Shown: positions 29,203 to 41,926, counted from the first letter of the stretch. The stretch: 64,000 nt of DNA from Geopsychrobacteraceae bacterium (GCA_963662315.1 OY759353.1:1888001-1952000); one strand, 5' to 3'. Notes: generated by a model not told the origin, from the letters alone. Numbers and translations are program-made.

Positions 29203-29970
29203 TTAAATCCGCGCTGGCACATTGTGCTTGCGCAGATATTCTTTGCATTCGGCAATCGTGTATTCTTTAAAGTGAAAAATCGATGCAGCCAGGGCAGCAC
29301 TGGCGCCACCTTCAACCAGTCCCTGACGGATATGTTCCAGATTTCCCACCCCACCTGAGGCGATGACTGGAATCTCAACAGCATCGCTGATAGCACGGGT
29401 CAGGTCGATATCATAGCCATCTTTGGTGCCGTCACAATCCATGGAGGTGAGCAGAATTTCGCCACAACCAAAAGCTTCCATCTTTTTCGCCCACTCAATG
29501 GCATCGATACCGGTCGGTTTCCGCCCACCGTGGGTATAGACCTCCCATCTCTGCGGACTGGAGTCTGGAACCCGGCGAGCATCGATAGCGACAACAATGC
29601 ACTGACTGCCAAAGCGTTCCGCAGCCTCGCGTACAAACTCAGGGTTATAAACAGCGGCAGTGTTGATCGACACCTTATCGGCACCGGCATTCAGCAGATT
29701 GCGAATGTCGCTGATTTCGCGCACCCCGCCGCCAACGGTCAACGGCATAAAGACGCGTTCAGCTGTCTTGGCAACAACATCCAGAATTATGCCGCGGTTG
29801 TCGCTGCTGGCGGTGATATCGAGAAAGGTCAACTCATCAGCTCCTTGAGCACAGTACGCTTCAGCCGCCTCAACCGGATCACCAGCATCGCGCAGGCCAA
29901 CAAAATTAACCCCTTTAACGACGCGGCCATCCTTGACATCAAGACATGGAATAATGCGTTTGGTCAGCAT
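29203..29970 (-). CDS. hisF: Imidazole glycerol phosphate synthase cyclase subunit
   Basis: [25 protein letters not shown]. Confidence 0.97.
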   Translation of the reverse strand: MLTKRIIPCLDVKDGRVVKGVNFVGLRDAGDPVEAAEAYCAQGADELTFLDITASSDNRGIILDVVAKTAERVFMPLTVGGGVREISDIRNLLNAGADKVSINTAAVYNPEFVREAAERFGSQCIVVAIDARRVPDSSPQRWEVYTHGGRKPTGIDAIEWAKKMEAFGCGEILLTSMDCDGTKDGYDIDLTRAISDAVEIPVIASGGVGNLEHIRQGLVEGGASAALAASIFHFKEYTIAECKEYLRKHNVPARI

Positions 29971-30701
29971 TACAAGCCCCCTTTGGCCAGGGCCACAGCC
30001 TCGCGCAGATCAAGGGCACCGGAGTAAATCGCTTTACCGGTAATCACACCACTGACCCCGGAGGACTCAATTTTCAACAAGTTACGGATATCATCCAGGC
30101 TCGACACTCCACCGGAGGCGATAACCGGAATTGAAATGGCTTCAGCAAGTGCTTGCGTTGCTTCGATATTAGGTCCCTGCATCATGCCGTCGCGAGCAAT
30201 GTCGGTGTAGATAATCGCTTCGACTCCAAACCCTTCCATCTCTTTGGCCAGCTCGGTCGCTTTCTTTTCCGTCACATCAGCCCAGCCACGTACCGCAACC
30301 AAACCACCTTTGGCGTCGATGCCAACAACGATATGACCGGGAAACCTGCGACAGGCTTCAGCCACCAACTGCGGATTTTCCTTGGCGATAGTACCAAGAA
30401 TTACCCGGTCAACGCCCAGTTCAAGATAAGCCTCGATAGTTTGCAGATCGCGTATCCCGCCACCGAGCTCGCAGGGGATATCTATGGCATGAACGATGGC
30501 CTTAATGGCGTCCTTATTTTTAGGAACACCGGCAAAAGCGCCGTCCAGATCGACAATATGCAGCAGTTCACCACCCTGCTCTTGCCAGATCCGCGCCTGG
30601 GCGCCGGGATCATCATTGTATACGGTGTCTTTCTCCATCAGTCCCTGCTCCAGACGGACACAGGCTCCTGCTTTCAAATCGATTGCGGGTAGAATAATCA
30701 C
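29970..30701 (-). CDS. hisA: ProFAR isomerase
   Basis: [25 protein letters not shown]. Confidence 0.97.
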   Translation of the reverse strand: MIILPAIDLKAGACVRLEQGLMEKDTVYNDDPGAQARIWQEQGGELLHIVDLDGAFAGVPKNKDAIKAIVHAIDIPCELGGGIRDLQTIEAYLELGVDRVILGTIAKENPQLVAEACRRFPGHIVVGIDAKGGLVAVRGWADVTEKKATELAKEMEGFGVEAIIYTDIARDGMMQGPNIEATQALAEAISIPVIASGGVSSLDDIRNLLKIESSGVSGVITGKAIYSGALDLREAVALAKGGL

Positions 30702-31325
30702 TTACATCTCTCCAAAGTTACGGAATATCTTCAGCCCGACATCCTGACTTTTTTCCGGATGGAACTGGGTTGCCATAATGTTGTCACGCCACACAGATGC
30801 GCAGAACTCCACATCACCATAACGGCAGGTTACGGCAACATCAGCAGCGTTTTCAGCAGCGCAGTAATAGGAATGAACAAAGTAGACAAAGCTTTGGTCG
30901 GCAATATCGTTAAAGAGCGGCGATCGCTTGTTGATAGTAATGTTGTTCCACCCCATGTGCGGAACTTTCAACTTTTCTCCCCCCTCAACCATTCCGGAAG
31001 GGAAGCGTTTTACGCGGCCGGGGATTAGTCCCAACCCCTCATGAACACCGAATTCCTCACTTTGATCAAACAGCATCTGCATACCGACACAGATACCGAG
31101 CATCGGTTTTCCAGCCTCAAGATGAGCCAGCAGAGGGTCAACGAAGCCACCTTCACGCAGATTTGTTATACAGTCACGAAAGGCGCCAACGCCGGGCAAA
31201 ACCACTTTATCGGCCGTTTCAATATCCTTTGGTTTGGCACTGACCCGGGCAGCAAAGCCCAGGCTTTCAAAGGCCTTGGCAACGCTGCGCAGGTTGCCCA
31301 TTTCATAATCGATTATATTAATCAC
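30702..31325 (-). CDS. hisH: Imidazole glycerol phosphate synthase glutaminase subunit
   Basis: GNLRSV, LGICVGMQ, QFHPEKS. Confidence 0.97.
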   Translation of the reverse strand: MINIIDYEMGNLRSVAKAFESLGFAARVSAKPKDIETADKVVLPGVGAFRDCITNLREGGFVDPLLAHLEAGKPMLGICVGMQMLFDQSEEFGVHEGLGLIPGRVKRFPSGMVEGGEKLKVPHMGWNNITINKRSPLFNDIADQSFVYFVHSYYCAAENAADVAVTCRYGDVEFCASVWRDNIMATQFHPEKSQDVGLKIFRNFGEM

Positions 31326-31367
31326 AGTCCAACTCTTCCACCTTTCCCGTCGGGGAGAAGGAATAAA

Positions 31368-31958
31368 TTATTCAAGGGTTCCTTTGGTCGACATCACACC
31401 ACTAATACGGGGATCAAGACTGGTCGCCTCATCAAGAGCTCGGCCAAACGCCTTAAAAATCCCCTCGATAATGTGATGAAGATTATCGCCGTAGGCCAGG
31501 TTGACATGAATATTGGCTCCGGAATGATTACAGAAAGCGACAAAGAATTCCTGTACCAGCTCGACATCGAAATCTCCCACTTTCGCCTTGGGCAGATCCA
31601 CGTTGTAAACCAGGAATGGCCGTCCGGAAAAGTCAATCACAACAGAGGCCAAAGCCTCATGCATTGGCATGGTGGAACGACCGAAACGCCGGACCCCGAC
31701 TTTGTCCCCCAGGGCCTGTTTAAAAGCCTCACCAAGAACAATACCGATATCTTCAACGGTGTGATGAGCGTCGATTTCGATATCGCCGCTCGCCTTGACC
31801 ACCAGGTCAAAAAAACCGTGCCGCGCAACAGCAGACAACATATGGTTAAAAAACGGCACCGGGCTGTCAATCTCCTGCTCTCCGCTGCCATCAAGGTTTA
31901 AGGTGATGCTGATATTGGTTTCTTTGGTTTCCCTTGCAACCTGTGCCGTGCGGGCCAT
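31368..31958 (-). CDS. hisB: Imidazoleglycerol-phosphate dehydratase
   Basis: [25 protein letters not shown]. Confidence 0.97.
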   Translation of the reverse strand: MARTAQVARETKETNISITLNLDGSGEQEIDSPVPFFNHMLSAVARHGFFDLVVKASGDIEIDAHHTVEDIGIVLGEAFKQALGDKVGVRRFGRSTMPMHEALASVVIDFSGRPFLVYNVDLPKAKVGDFDVELVQEFFVAFCNHSGANIHVNLAYGDNLHHIIEGIFKAFGRALDEATSLDPRISGVMSTKGTLE

Positions 31959-31977
31959 GGACTATCTCCTTTATGGG

Positions 31978-33267
31978 TTACTTGCGTCTAACTGACACGG
32001 AACGGGCGTGAGCCTGCAGTCCCTCAAGACCAGCGATATGTTCAATATCATCCCCCAGCCGATCAAGTCCTTGCGGGGTCAGATAGATCAAGCTCGATTT
32101 TTTGACAAAATCATCAAGGGACAAAGGTGAGAAGAACCGCGCGGTACCGCCAGTCGGTAAGGTGTGATTCGGCCCGGCCAGATAATCGCCTGCAGCTTCG
32201 GGGGTATAGTGTCCCATGAAGATGGCTCCAGCATGCTTGATTCCGGCCACAATGGCAAACGGGTTATCGACCGCCAGCTCCAGGTGCTCGGGGGCGATAC
32301 GATTGGAGAAATCGATAGCTTCGCTCAGATCCTTGGCAACGATGATCGCACTATAGTCATCAATCGATTTGCGGGCAATTGCTTCACGGCTCAGCTGTGT
32401 CAGCTGTGCTTCAACCTGTTGCTGAACGGCGGCGGCCATCTTTTCACAACTGGTCACCAGCACCGCCGATGCCAACTCATCGTGTTCAGCCTGCGACAGG
32501 AGATCGGCAGCGATATGAGCGGCATTGCCACTGCCATCATTAATGACCAGAATTTCGCTGGGACCGGCGATCATATCAATATCGACATGGCCAAAAACCA
32601 ACTGCTTGGCCGTTGCAACATAGATGTTGCCGGGACCGGTAATCTTATCAACTTTGGGAATGGTTGCCGTACCGAAAGCCAGTGCTGCAACGGCCTGGGC
32701 TCCACCAACTTTGAAAATCCGGTCGACCCCGGCGATTTTAGCCGCCGCCAGAACGTGGGGATTAACCTCACCACCGGGCATCGGCACAACCATGATAAGG
32801 TCTTCAACTCCAGCGACCTTGGCAGGCACAGCATTCATCAATACGGAAGAGGGATAGGCAGCCTTGCCCCCCGGCACATAAATACCGACCCGGTCAAGGG
32901 GACGAACCATCTGCCCGACCAGAACATCGCTTTCATCAGTCGACAGCCAGGTTTCCTGCTTCTGCTTGGCATGGTAACGGGCAATCCGATCGTGAGCAAG
33001 TTGTAGTGCCTGCATGGAGCGCTCATCAACTCTGGCACAGGCCGCATCGATTTCAGCCCGGGAGACTTCCACGGTCTCGGCAGTCAGCTCAAGGCGGTCA
33101 AAGCGAGCCGTCAACTCGAACACCGCGGCATCACCACGCTTGCGAACATCAGCAATAATCCCCTTGACGGTGTCGACAATACCGTCAGGCACAGCTTCGG
33201 CACGCTCCTCAATGCGGCGAAACTGTTCGGCGAAATCGCTATCGCTAAATCTCAGAATTCTGATCAT
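31978..33267 (-). CDS. hisD: Histidinol dehydrogenase
   Basis: YVPGGKAAYPSS, IDMIAGPSE, SQAEHD, APEHL. Confidence 0.97.
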   Translation of the reverse strand: MIRILRFSDSDFAEQFRRIEERAEAVPDGIVDTVKGIIADVRKRGDAAVFELTARFDRLELTAETVEVSRAEIDAACARVDERSMQALQLAHDRIARYHAKQKQETWLSTDESDVLVGQMVRPLDRVGIYVPGGKAAYPSSVLMNAVPAKVAGVEDLIMVVPMPGGEVNPHVLAAAKIAGVDRIFKVGGAQAVAALAFGTATIPKVDKITGPGNIYVATAKQLVFGHVDIDMIAGPSEILVINDGSGNAAHIAADLLSQAEHDELASAVLVTSCEKMAAAVQQQVEAQLTQLSREAIARKSIDDYSAIIVAKDLSEAIDFSNRIAPEHLELAVDNPFAIVAGIKHAGAIFMGHYTPEAAGDYLAGPNHTLPTGGTARFFSPLSLDDFVKKSSLIYLTPQGLDRLGDDIEHIAGLEGLQAHARSVSVRRK

Positions 33268-33299
33268 GCTCTTTCTCCATAGCCCCCGTCATATACTGA

Positions 33300-33962
33300 T
33301 TACAGGGAAATTCTGACTTCGTCCCCGATATATTTCTCAAGTCCTTCAATAATCCTGCTGATGCGCTGGTACTTGGTTTTCAGACTGGCGGGATTGACAA
33401 TAAGTCGACTGGTTATCTCGGCGATGGTTTCAACCTCGACCAAATTATTGGCTCTCATGGTTCCCCCAGTCGAAACCAGGTCGACAATCCGCTCTGATAA
33501 ACCAACCAGAGGTGCCAGTTCAATGGAGCCATACAGTTTGATTAATTCAACCTGAACCCCTTTGCTGGCAAAATAACGCTCGGTAATATTCGGGTACTTG
33601 GTCGCTACACGAATATTCGACCAATTCAGGGGGTTGTCCGATTCCTGCAAAGCCTTTGGTTCTGCAACAACCAGTCGGCAATAGCCGAATTTGAGATCGA
33701 GAGGTTCATAAAGGTTCTTCCCCTGCTCCAGCAGGGTATCCTTACCAACCACGCCAAGGTCGGCACATCCGTATTCAACATAAGTCGGCACATCCGTCGC
33801 ACGGACAGCCATGAAACGGAACTTCTGCTCAGGATTTTCAAAAACCAGCTTGCGGCTTCCCTCGTCCATTTCCGGACAGGTAATACCGATCTTGCCAAAC
33901 AGTTCCATTGAATCCTGCATGATCCGCCCTTTGGGCAGTGCGAAGGTAATCCAGTCACTCAT
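33300..33962 (-). CDS. hisG: ATP phosphoribosyltransferase (short form)
   Basis: ALPKGR, VATKYP, GSIELAP, IVDLVSTG. Confidence 0.96.
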   Translation of the reverse strand: MSDWITFALPKGRIMQDSMELFGKIGITCPEMDEGSRKLVFENPEQKFRFMAVRATDVPTYVEYGCADLGVVGKDTLLEQGKNLYEPLDLKFGYCRLVVAEPKALQESDNPLNWSNIRVATKYPNITERYFASKGVQVELIKLYGSIELAPLVGLSERIVDLVSTGGTMRANNLVEVETIAEITSRLIVNPASLKTKYQRISRIIEGLEKYIGDEVRISL

Positions 33963-34078
33963 CGTTTACTCCTGCAATAATTCATATCAAGATAGATTTA
34001 TTCAAACACATTAAAAGTTCAGCAAGCAAGGGTTGCAACACGACATTGACGTCTTGGCAAACACAATCCGGCGTTTTG

Positions 34079-35332
34079 CTACTCCTTCTCCCGCCAGATA
34101 CGTGCCCCCAGAGCCGCAAGTTTCTCTTCAATTCTCTCATAACCACGGTCAAGATGATAAATACGTGAGACTTCAGTTGTATTTTCTGAAGCCAGGCCCG
34201 CCAGAATCAACGAGGCACTGGCACGCAAATCCGTGGCCATAACCGGCGCACCAGTCATTTGCGTGGTTCCGCGAATGATGGCGCTGTGCCCATCAATCTG
34301 GATATCCGCACCCATGCGCTGTAATTCGCAGACATGCATGAAACGGTTTTCAAAAACCGTCTCGGAAATTTTGCTGGTCCCTTCGGCCCTGGCCATCAAG
34401 GCCATAAATTGAGCCTGCATATCGGTGGGAAAGCCGGGGAAGACGCTGGTCCTGATATCAACCGCCCTGGGCCGTTCAGGTCCGATAACCCGCAGGCCAC
34501 CAGGCTCTTCCCGCACCGTAACACCTGCACTTTCCAGCTTGCTGATCAGGGCTTCAAGATCACTGCGTAGCGCGTCCTTAACCAACACATTCCCACCGGT
34601 AATGGCCGCCGCAATCATAAACGTGCCCGCTTCGATCCGGTCGGGAATCACCCGACACTGTAAAGGGTCAAGCTTTTCAACCCCCTGAATTCTGATGACT
34701 GCAGTCCCAGCACCACTGATTTTTGCTCCCATACTATTTAGAGCATCGGCCAATTGAACGATTTCCGGTTCCCGGGCCGCATTTTCCAGAATGGTCTCCC
34801 CCGTAGCCAAAGAAGCAGCCATTAACAGATTTTCTGTACCGCCAACCGTCGGCATATCAAACGATATCCGCGCACCGGTTAAACGCTCGGCCGCGGCTTC
34901 GACATAACCATGGTCCAGAGTAATCTTTGCACCTAACAGCTCCAGTCCCTTCAGGTGCAGGTTAATTGGCCGGGCTCCAATAGCACACCCCCCCGGCAAA
35001 CTGACCCGGGCGTGACCACAGCGGGCCAGCAGCGGGCCAAGAACCAGAACCGAGGCGCGCATGGTTTTGACCAGGTCATAAGGGGCTTCGACACTTTCAA
35101 TCTGGCTGGCATCGATACGGAAGCAAGCCCCATCCCTGCTGACCTCAGCACCAAGAGTTTCCAGCAATTTAGCTGCAGTATTAATATCACGCAGCCCCGG
35201 AATGTTGGTTAATTCACTAGTTCCGGAGCTCAGCAAGGTCGCAAACAGCAGGGGGAGCGCCGAATTTTTCGCACCGCCCACCTGAATCTCACCATTGAGG
35301 GTTACACCACCTTTGATGACAATCTTATCCAA
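34079..35332 (-). CDS. murA: UDP-N-acetylglucosamine 1-carboxyvinyltransferase
   Basis: [28 protein letters not shown]. Confidence 0.98.
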   Translation of the reverse strand: MDKIVIKGGVTLNGEIQVGGAKNSALPLLFATLLSSGTSELTNIPGLRDINTAAKLLETLGAEVSRDGACFRIDASQIESVEAPYDLVKTMRASVLVLGPLLARCGHARVSLPGGCAIGARPINLHLKGLELLGAKITLDHGYVEAAAERLTGARISFDMPTVGGTENLLMAASLATGETILENAAREPEIVQLADALNSMGAKISGAGTAVIRIQGVEKLDPLQCRVIPDRIEAGTFMIAAAITGGNVLVKDALRSDLEALISKLESAGVTVREEPGGLRVIGPERPRAVDIRTSVFPGFPTDMQAQFMALMARAEGTSKISETVFENRFMHVCELQRMGADIQIDGHSAIIRGTTQMTGAPVMATDLRASASLILAGLASENTTEVSRIYHLDRGYERIEEKLAALGARIWREKE

Positions 35333-35433
35333 AACCTGGACTCACTTTCTTATATAGGCTTCGCCTGGCAATCTACCCTGTCCAGCGAAAATTCCTGTAA
35401 ATTGACCATAATATCTCACCAGGCCAATGATCA

Positions 35434-36291
35434 TTATTTGCAACAGCCACCAACAACCCGTGGCAAACCGGCGTAATCGTTGCGCAGGTAGATGTCCTGC
35501 AGCCCCGCATCAACAAATAGCTGCTTGACGGCATCACCTTGAGTCGCACCAATTTCGACCAACAACCAACCGCCCTTAGTCAGGTGGCTGGTCGCCTGGG
35601 CGGCCAGCAAGCGATAACAGACCAGTCCGTTCTCTTCTGCCAGCAAAGCCATCCGGGGTTCATGGCAGCGCACCTCAGGCATGAGATCATCCCATTCCGA
35701 GCTTGCAATGTAAGGAGGATTAGAAACGATGAGATCATACGTCTGTTCAGGCAAACAGGCAAGGTTTCCCTGGATCCATTCCAGCCGGTCACCGAGTCCG
35801 TTAAGCTGACCATTGTTCTGGGCCACGGCAAGTGCGGCGGGGGACAGATCGAGACCTGTAACCTGGCAAGCTGGCAGTTCTCCAGCCAGGCTGACAGCGA
35901 TAGCCCCACTGCCGGTGCCAACATCCAGTATCCGGCCCGGTACTTTAGGGGCATGGCGAAGAGCTTCTTCAACAAGAATTTCCGTATCGGGACGCGGTAT
36001 CAGAACATCTGGGGTAACACCAAAGCGGCGTGACCAGAATTCAGTATAGCCAAGCAGATATTGTAATGGCTCACGCTGCCCCCGTTTTTTAACCAACGGC
36101 CGGATCCGGTCGAGTTCGTGAGCATCCAGAGGGCGATCATAATTCAGATAGATGCCTACGCGGTCGACCTTGAGAACTTCTGCAAGGAGCAACTCTGCAT
36201 CAAGCCGGGGGGAGTCGATGCCTTTTTCCTGGAAATACCCGGTCATCCAGCGCAGCATTTTCAGCACGGTCCAGGTTTCAGACAATGTCAA
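35434..36291 (-). CDS. prmC: Release factor glutamine methyltransferase
   Basis: [22 protein letters not shown]. Confidence 0.96.
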   Translation of the reverse strand: MTLSETWTVLKMLRWMTGYFQEKGIDSPRLDAELLLAEVLKVDRVGIYLNYDRPLDAHELDRIRPLVKKRGQREPLQYLLGYTEFWSRRFGVTPDVLIPRPDTEILVEEALRHAPKVPGRILDVGTGSGAIAVSLAGELPACQVTGLDLSPAALAVAQNNGQLNGLGDRLEWIQGNLACLPEQTYDLIVSNPPYIASSEWDDLMPEVRCHEPRMALLAEENGLVCYRLLAAQATSHLTKGGWLLVEIGATQGDAVKQLFVDAGLQDIYLRNDYAGLPRVVGGCCK

Positions 36292-37355
36292 GACTCCTGC
36301 TGACTCATCTGAGCAGCTTGCTGATCAGTAATCAGGGCATCAATCACTTCATCCACATCCCCCTGCATAATGGCATCAAGCTTATAAAGAGTCAGGCCGA
36401 TGCGGTGATCTGTACAGCGCCCCTGGGGGAAATTGTAGGTCCGGATCCGCTCGCTACGATCACCACTGCCAACCTGATTTTTGCGATCAGCAGCCATCTC
36501 GGCCTGCTGTGCAGCCAGCATCTGATCGAAAATTCGCGATTGCAAAACCTTGAGAGCCTTGGCCTTGTTTTTGTGCTGAGATTTTTCTTCCTGACAGGCA
36601 ACGACAACCCCGGTCGGAATGTGGGTCAGACGCACAGCCGACTCGGTCTTATTAACGTGCTGACCACCCGACCCAGAAGAACGGTACAGATCGATACGCA
36701 AATCGGCAGGATTGATCTCAATATCAACGTCTTCTGCCTCGGGAAGAACCGCTACGGTGCAAGCCGAAGTATGAATACGTCCCTGCGTTTCGGTTTCCGG
36801 AACCCGCTGAACACGGTGGGTTCCGCTTTCGAATTTCAGTCGAGAATAGACACGCTCACCGCTGATCAGGGCGATTATTTCCTTGAATCCTCCCCCGTCC
36901 GTTTCAGAGACACTCATCACCTCGACCTTCCAGCGATTTCGATCGGCGTAGCGTGAATACATACGGTATAAATCAGCAGCGAATAATGCCGCTTCGTCAC
37001 CACCGGTCCCGGCTCGAATTTCAAGAATGATATTTTTGTCGTCGTTAGGATCTTTCGGCAGTAACAGGATCCGCAGCTGATCTTCCAGCTGGTGCTGACG
37101 TTCCTCAAGCTCGGGAAGTTCAGCCTTGGCCAGTTCTTTCATTTCGGGATCATTGTCCTGCAGCAGTTCGCGGTTTCCGGCACTGTCAGAAACGACCTGT
37201 TTATACGCGTTATAAGTCGTAACGACCTCGACCAGATCAGCGTGTTCCTTGGTGAGTTCCCGATATTTTTTCTGATCCCCGATCACGGCAGGATCAGACA
37301 GTAGGCCCTCCACCTCACGAAAACGGTCTACAACATCTTCCAAATTTGCGAACAT
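36288..37355 (-). CDS. prfA: Peptide chain release factor 1
   Basis: VPETE (PxT), GGQ, RTYNFPQ. Confidence 0.98.
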   Translation of the reverse strand: MFANLEDVVDRFREVEGLLSDPAVIGDQKKYRELTKEHADLVEVVTTYNAYKQVVSDSAGNRELLQDNDPEMKELAKAELPELEERQHQLEDQLRILLLPKDPNDDKNIILEIRAGTGGDEAALFAADLYRMYSRYADRNRWKVEVMSVSETDGGGFKEIIALISGERVYSRLKFESGTHRVQRVPETETQGRIHTSACTVAVLPEAEDVDIEINPADLRIDLYRSSGSGGQHVNKTESAVRLTHIPTGVVVACQEEKSQHKNKAKALKVLQSRIFDQMLAAQQAEMAADRKNQVGSGDRSERIRTYNFPQGRCTDHRIGLTLYKLDAIMQGDVDEVIDALITDQQAAQMSQQES

Positions 37356-37409
37356 AACTTTTTATATCCCGACAGTAATTTTTAGAATCAGAAATAAAGC
37401 AAAATGAAC

Positions 37410-37441
37410 AAAAAAAGGCGGCCTCAACGGGCCGCCTTTTT
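37410..37441 (-). terminator. Intrinsic terminator after rpmE
   Basis: aaaaggcggcc-tcaacg-ggccgcctttt. Confidence 0.8.
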
Positions 37442-37456
37442 CTTATTCCTACCCGA

Positions 37457-37660
37457 TTACTTCTGGGCGTATTTTTTACGGAAACGCTCAATACGTCCGG
37501 CGGTATCAATAAGCTTCTGCTTTCCAGTGTAGAATGGGTGGCAAGCGGAACAGATTTCTGTGTGGATCTCTTCTGCTACAGTAGAACGGGTTTCAAAGCT
37601 ATTGCCACAGTCACAACGTACTGCCACAACTTCATATTTTGGGTGGATGCCCTCTTTCAT
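37457..37660 (-). CDS. rpmE: 50S ribosomal protein L31 (Zn-binding type)
   Basis: [21 protein letters not shown]. Confidence 0.97.
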   Translation of the reverse strand: MKEGIHPKYEVVAVRCDCGNSFETRSTVAEEIHTEICSACHPFYTGKQKLIDTAGRIERFRKKYAQK

Positions 37661-37815
37661 AACTGTCTCCTTAGCGGCCTGGCTGGTGTACAGACCATGG
37701 TAATTGGTTCAAACAAAGCGGTTAAATAACACTTTTCCCGATATTGGGCAAGCACTTATGTGTGATTTGAAAAAAATCTGCCGACCGCCTGCCAAATATC
37801 AAAAATACATTAAGA

Positions 37816-39063
37816 TTACTGGTTCATGGAATCAAGGAACTGTTGATTGGTTTCAGTCTCAGCCAGTTTCTCAATCAGGAACTCCATACTATCAACCGTA
37901 TTCATGGATGAGAGAACCTTGCGCAGCAGCCAGGTCCGCTGCATCTGGGTCGGATCAACCAGCAGATCTTCTTTACGGGTACCGGAACGGTTAATATCCA
38001 TGGCCGGGAAGGTTCGCTTGTCGGCAAGCCGGCGGTCAAGATGCAGTTCCATATTACCGGTCCCTTTAAACTCTTCAAAGATAACCTCATCCATCTTACT
38101 GCCGGTATCAATCAGAGCGGTCGCAATAATAGTCAGACTGCCCCCTTCCTCAATATTCCGAGCGGCACCGAAAAAACGTTTGGGCTTGTGCAGGGCGTGC
38201 GCGTCAACACCACCGGAAAGAATTTTACCGCTGGAAGGGATAATCGTATTGTAAGCACGGGCCAGACGGGTAATGGAGTCGAGAAGGATAACAACGTCGC
38301 GCTTGTGCTCAACCAGGCGCCGGGCTTTTTCAATAACCATCTCAGCAACCTGAACGTGACGATTGGCGGGCTCGTCAAAGGTGGAGGAAATAACCTCACC
38401 ATTAACATTGCGCTGCATATCGGTAACCTCTTCAGGCCGCTCATCAATTAGAAGAACGATCAGGTAGACCTCGGGATGGTTCTGCGAAATTGAGTTGGCA
38501 ATATTCTGCAGCAGGACAGTTTTACCAGTACGCGGCGGGGCCACAATAAGACCACGCTGCCCCTTACCGATAGGAGCCACCAGATCCATGATCCGGGTTG
38601 AATAATTACTGGCAGAAGTTTCAAGCACCAGCTGTTCTTCAGGGTAAAGCGGCGTCAGGTTATCGAAAAAGGTCTTTTCGCGCATTTTTGCCGGGTCTTC
38701 AAAGTTAACTTCGGAAACCTTCAGCAGAGCAAAATAACGCTCCCCTTCTTTCGGTGGCCGGATCTGGCCGGCAACCGTATCCCCGGTACGCAACCCGAAA
38801 CGACGAATCTGGGACGGAGAGATGTAAATGTCATCAGGGCCGGGCAGATAGTTGGCATCAGGGGCACGTAAAAAACCGAATCCATCAGGCAGAATTTCCA
38901 GAACACCCTCGCCAAAAATGGCCTTTTTCTGGGCAGCAGTGGCCTTCAGGATATTGAAAACCAGGTCCTGACGGCGCATTCCGCCGATTTCTTCAAGACC
39001 CAGATCCTTCCCGAAAGCGATAAGTTCTGAGATTTTTGTCTGCTTTAAGTCCTTTAGATTCAT
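37816..39063 (-). CDS. rho: Transcription termination factor Rho
   Basis: [32 protein letters not shown] 39063 with GGAG RBS. Confidence 0.98.
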   Translation of the reverse strand: MNLKDLKQTKISELIAFGKDLGLEEIGGMRRQDLVFNILKATAAQKKAIFGEGVLEILPDGFGFLRAPDANYLPGPDDIYISPSQIRRFGLRTGDTVAGQIRPPKEGERYFALLKVSEVNFEDPAKMREKTFFDNLTPLYPEEQLVLETSASNYSTRIMDLVAPIGKGQRGLIVAPPRTGKTVLLQNIANSISQNHPEVYLIVLLIDERPEEVTDMQRNVNGEVISSTFDEPANRHVQVAEMVIEKARRLVEHKRDVVILLDSITRLARAYNTIIPSSGKILSGGVDAHALHKPKRFFGAARNIEEGGSLTIIATALIDTGSKMDEVIFEEFKGTGNMELHLDRRLADKRTFPAMDINRSGTRKEDLLVDPTQMQRTWLLRKVLSSMNTVDSMEFLIEKLAETETNQQFLDSMNQ

Positions 39064-39442
39064 AAAATTGTCTCCAGCCCTGTTTCCAGGGGATACCCGG
39101 CGATCCACGTGATCACCACACTGATAATAAGTCGTGATATCAAAAGTTACTTTCGATTATTGGCTTTTGGATTATTGATATTTAGAATTGGTAGTTTATA
39201 TATTTTATAAAAAGAATACGCGTCTTGTTCTTGGCAGTTCTTTTGTCTACTTTTTTTGATTGGTTCAAACGGAAAATTATATATCTTGAAGGGTCTTATA
39301 TCTTCAAACCTGTCAGCTGAGCAGGGAATAAAGCGGGCAGGCGACATTAGCTTAATACCAAAGCTTGTACCCGCTTTACCCCTTAGTGTCAACAAACAAT
39401 TTCGCTTTCAGTTATTTTTCAAAACAACTGTTTACTTTTTAA

Positions 39443-40219
39443 TCAGCGCAGGGAATCAAGCAGACCAGGGCTTATTCCTGAGGCGATCTTCTGAAACAGC
39501 TCATCATACATCTTGGGCAACGTCCTGACACCATTGCGGTCAGGGTCTTCATCGAGCATCGGTTCAACTCCCGCCATGCTGACATTTTTTACCCGTACAA
39601 CATCCGTATGGTTGTAATAGGCTTCATCAAAATCAGGATATTGAAGAGCAAACGGCTGAAAGGCATCATCCCCTGTCAATTGCCAGAGCACCTGCCCGTT
39701 GCGGTCGACAACAGCTGCAGTCGCCAACAAATCACTGTAGGTCGTGGTTAAGGTTTCAAGTTTGGTGCGGGAACGCCGCGTTTCGCTAACCTGCTCCCCG
39801 GAAAAAACCACAACCAGCAACGCATCGACAACGTTGCGCCGGGCAATTTCCATCACCGTAGCGGTGTCGAATGCATAACCGGCCGGACGTCCGTTAGCGT
39901 CATGAGCACTGCCCCGCCCAAGCAGAGACATCGTTGTCAGTTGAGTATCGACATCGAGAGCCCGGACGTCGAAATAGCCTTTTTTAAGGACCAGCTCTTC
40001 AACCAGATTCAGATGTTTCCCCTTGGCGGAACTGGCCAGGCGGTCAATGAGCCATTCTTTGTCAGGGTAATTCATCTGCGAATTACGATCGACCATAAGC
40101 GGCAACACTCCCAGGACCTGAACCCGGGTCTGATACTCCTGCTTGGGAATATGAAAAGTCCCGCTACTGCAACCAGAGACCAAGATCAAACTGAAAAACG
40201 CGAGAAAAAACTTCTTCAT
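39443..40219 (-). CDS. Hypothetical lipoprotein
   Basis: Lipobox VSGC; AAAGGAG RBS. Confidence 0.75.
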   Translation of the reverse strand: MKKFFLAFFSLILVSGCSSGTFHIPKQEYQTRVQVLGVLPLMVDRNSQMNYPDKEWLIDRLASSAKGKHLNLVEELVLKKGYFDVRALDVDTQLTTMSLLGRGSAHDANGRPAGYAFDTATVMEIARRNVVDALLVVVFSGEQVSETRRSRTKLETLTTTYSDLLATAAVVDRNGQVLWQLTGDDAFQPFALQYPDFDEAYYNHTDVVRVKNVSMAGVEPMLDEDPDRNGVRTLPKMYDELFQKIASGISPGLLDSLR

Positions 40220-40349
40220 TTAATAAATCTCCTTTGCGAGCCGGAAACACGCCACAGCAAAACAGCCGAGGGCAGTCTCCAACAAATAAGACATTAACAG
40301 AGAGTCTGAGAATTTCAACCACCAAGTAAATTATCATGAAACGCGCCTC

Positions 40350-41273
40350 TTAACAAAATTCAACTGATCGATTATGCGCAGGCACTTTATCAAGACGGAA
40401 AAACTGAGTCCCCCAGGCCAGCAACTCAGGTCCTGACGCGTTTATTAATGCATCTGGTGGCTGCTGTCCTAAAAATTCGAGGGCATACCAGAGTAATCTT
40501 GGACCATTTTCTTTTGTAACCACGCCAGCAGGCCCATCGCGCTTGCTCAGCTTTTCGGAATTACGCCCAAGAGCCAAAGGCAGATGATAATAGGTCGGGA
40601 CGGGTTTCCCAAAACAGCGATAAAGGAAGATCTGCCGTGGGGTAGAAAAAAGCAGATCAGCACCACGCACAATCTGGTTAACTCCGGCAGCGATATCGTC
40701 AGCGACAACGGCCAGCTGATAAGCAAACTGCCCGTCGGCCCGATGCAGGACAAAATCACCGACCTGCTGTTCCAGATTCTGCTGTTGCTCCCCCTGGATC
40801 CCATCACAATAAGAAATTGATTGATCTGGCACCCTGATGCGTACGGCGCTTTGCCCGCTATCTTTTTTCTGCGGCCCCTGGCGACAGGTCCCTGGGTAAA
40901 CAGGACCCTCCTCGCCAACATGAGGTGCACTGGCCAAAACTTCGCGCCTTGAACAGGTACATTCGAAAAGTCGACCGGCACGTTTTAATTCTGCGAGTCT
41001 GTCATGATATAAGCCGTGGCGCTGGCTTTGCCAGACAATCTCACCATCCCACTCGAAGCCAAGAGCTTCAAGGGAGCGGATCATGGCATCAGCTGCACCA
41101 GCAACAATTCGAGGCGGATCCAAGTCTTCGATCCTCAGCAACCAACGGCCACCCACGGAACGCACCGCAAGATAACTGCCCAACGCGGCAACCAGAGTGC
41201 CAAAATGCAAGGGGCCGGTGGGGCTTGGCGCAAAACGTCCGACTGTCACTTTATGTTTCATTTTTACAGACAT
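40350..41273 (-). CDS. gluQ: Glutamyl-Q tRNA(Asp) synthetase
   Basis: RFAPSPTGPLHFG, CTCSR, KLSK; short, no anticodon-binding domain. Confidence 0.9.
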   Translation of the reverse strand: MSVKMKHKVTVGRFAPSPTGPLHFGTLVAALGSYLAVRSVGGRWLLRIEDLDPPRIVAGAADAMIRSLEALGFEWDGEIVWQSQRHGLYHDRLAELKRAGRLFECTCSRREVLASAPHVGEEGPVYPGTCRQGPQKKDSGQSAVRIRVPDQSISYCDGIQGEQQQNLEQQVGDFVLHRADGQFAYQLAVVADDIAAGVNQIVRGADLLFSTPRQIFLYRCFGKPVPTYYHLPLALGRNSEKLSKRDGPAGVVTKENGPRLLWYALEFLGQQPPDALINASGPELLAWGTQFFRLDKVPAHNRSVEFC

Positions 41274-41422
41274 TGGAAGAAACCCCTTTCCGCCGCATAA
41301 TTGCCCGGTACGAAACGGTTGTCAACATCACAGTCCGGCAAATCCCACAAGATGGGATTGACAAGAATCCCAGCAACGTGTATTTATTACCCGAAAAGTT
41401 AACATTGAGGAGGTAGAACAAA

Positions 41423-41851
41423 GTGGTTATAACCCGGGCAACAGAATATGCAGTACGAACCGTTATTTATCTGGCACAGCAGCCTAAGAGTGAAATTGTT
41501 CTGAAAAAGGACATCTGCCGCACTCAGGATGTGACCCCTGCATTTCTCACAAAAATCCTGCAGCCACTCATTAAAGCTGGCATTGTGAGCTCTCAGCGAG
41601 GTGTAGGCGGTGGTTTTCTGCTGGCCCGTGACGCCAGTGAAATCACCCTTTTTGACATCCTCCAGGCGGAGGAAGGCCCGCTGAAAATCAACCACTGCCT
41701 GATCGATTCAGAATCTTGCAATCGCGACGCTTATTGTTCTGCTCACGACGCCTGGTATGAGGCACAAATGGAACTTGCCATGGTCCTGAAAAAATACAAT
41801 ATAGCGTACCTGGTCAAGAGTCAGAAAGAGAAACAGGAGAAGCTGAAATAG
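41423..41851 (+). CDS. Rrf2-family transcriptional regulator
   Basis: TEYAVR, FLTKIL, SQRGVGGGF, three Cys; GAGGAGG RBS. Confidence 0.92.
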   Translation: MVITRATEYAVRTVIYLAQQPKSEIVLKKDICRTQDVTPAFLTKILQPLIKAGIVSSQRGVGGGFLLARDASEITLFDILQAEEGPLKINHCLIDSESCNRDAYCSAHDAWYEAQMELAMVLKKYNIAYLVKSQKEKQEKLK

Positions 41852-41889
41852 GCCCAGCTGCGGAGCTAAACAGCCCATAACAATAAAAT

Positions 41890-41926
41890 AAAAGACATCG
41901 CGGAATTCCGGCGATGTCTTTTTTTT
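41890..41926 (+). terminator. Intrinsic terminator after the Rrf2 gene
   Basis: aaaagacatcgc/gcgatgtctttttttt hairpin. Confidence 0.85.

Noticed and set aside
28840..33962. his cluster lacking hisC, hisI and hisZ
   Set aside because: Split his genes with short HisG are common; not unusual
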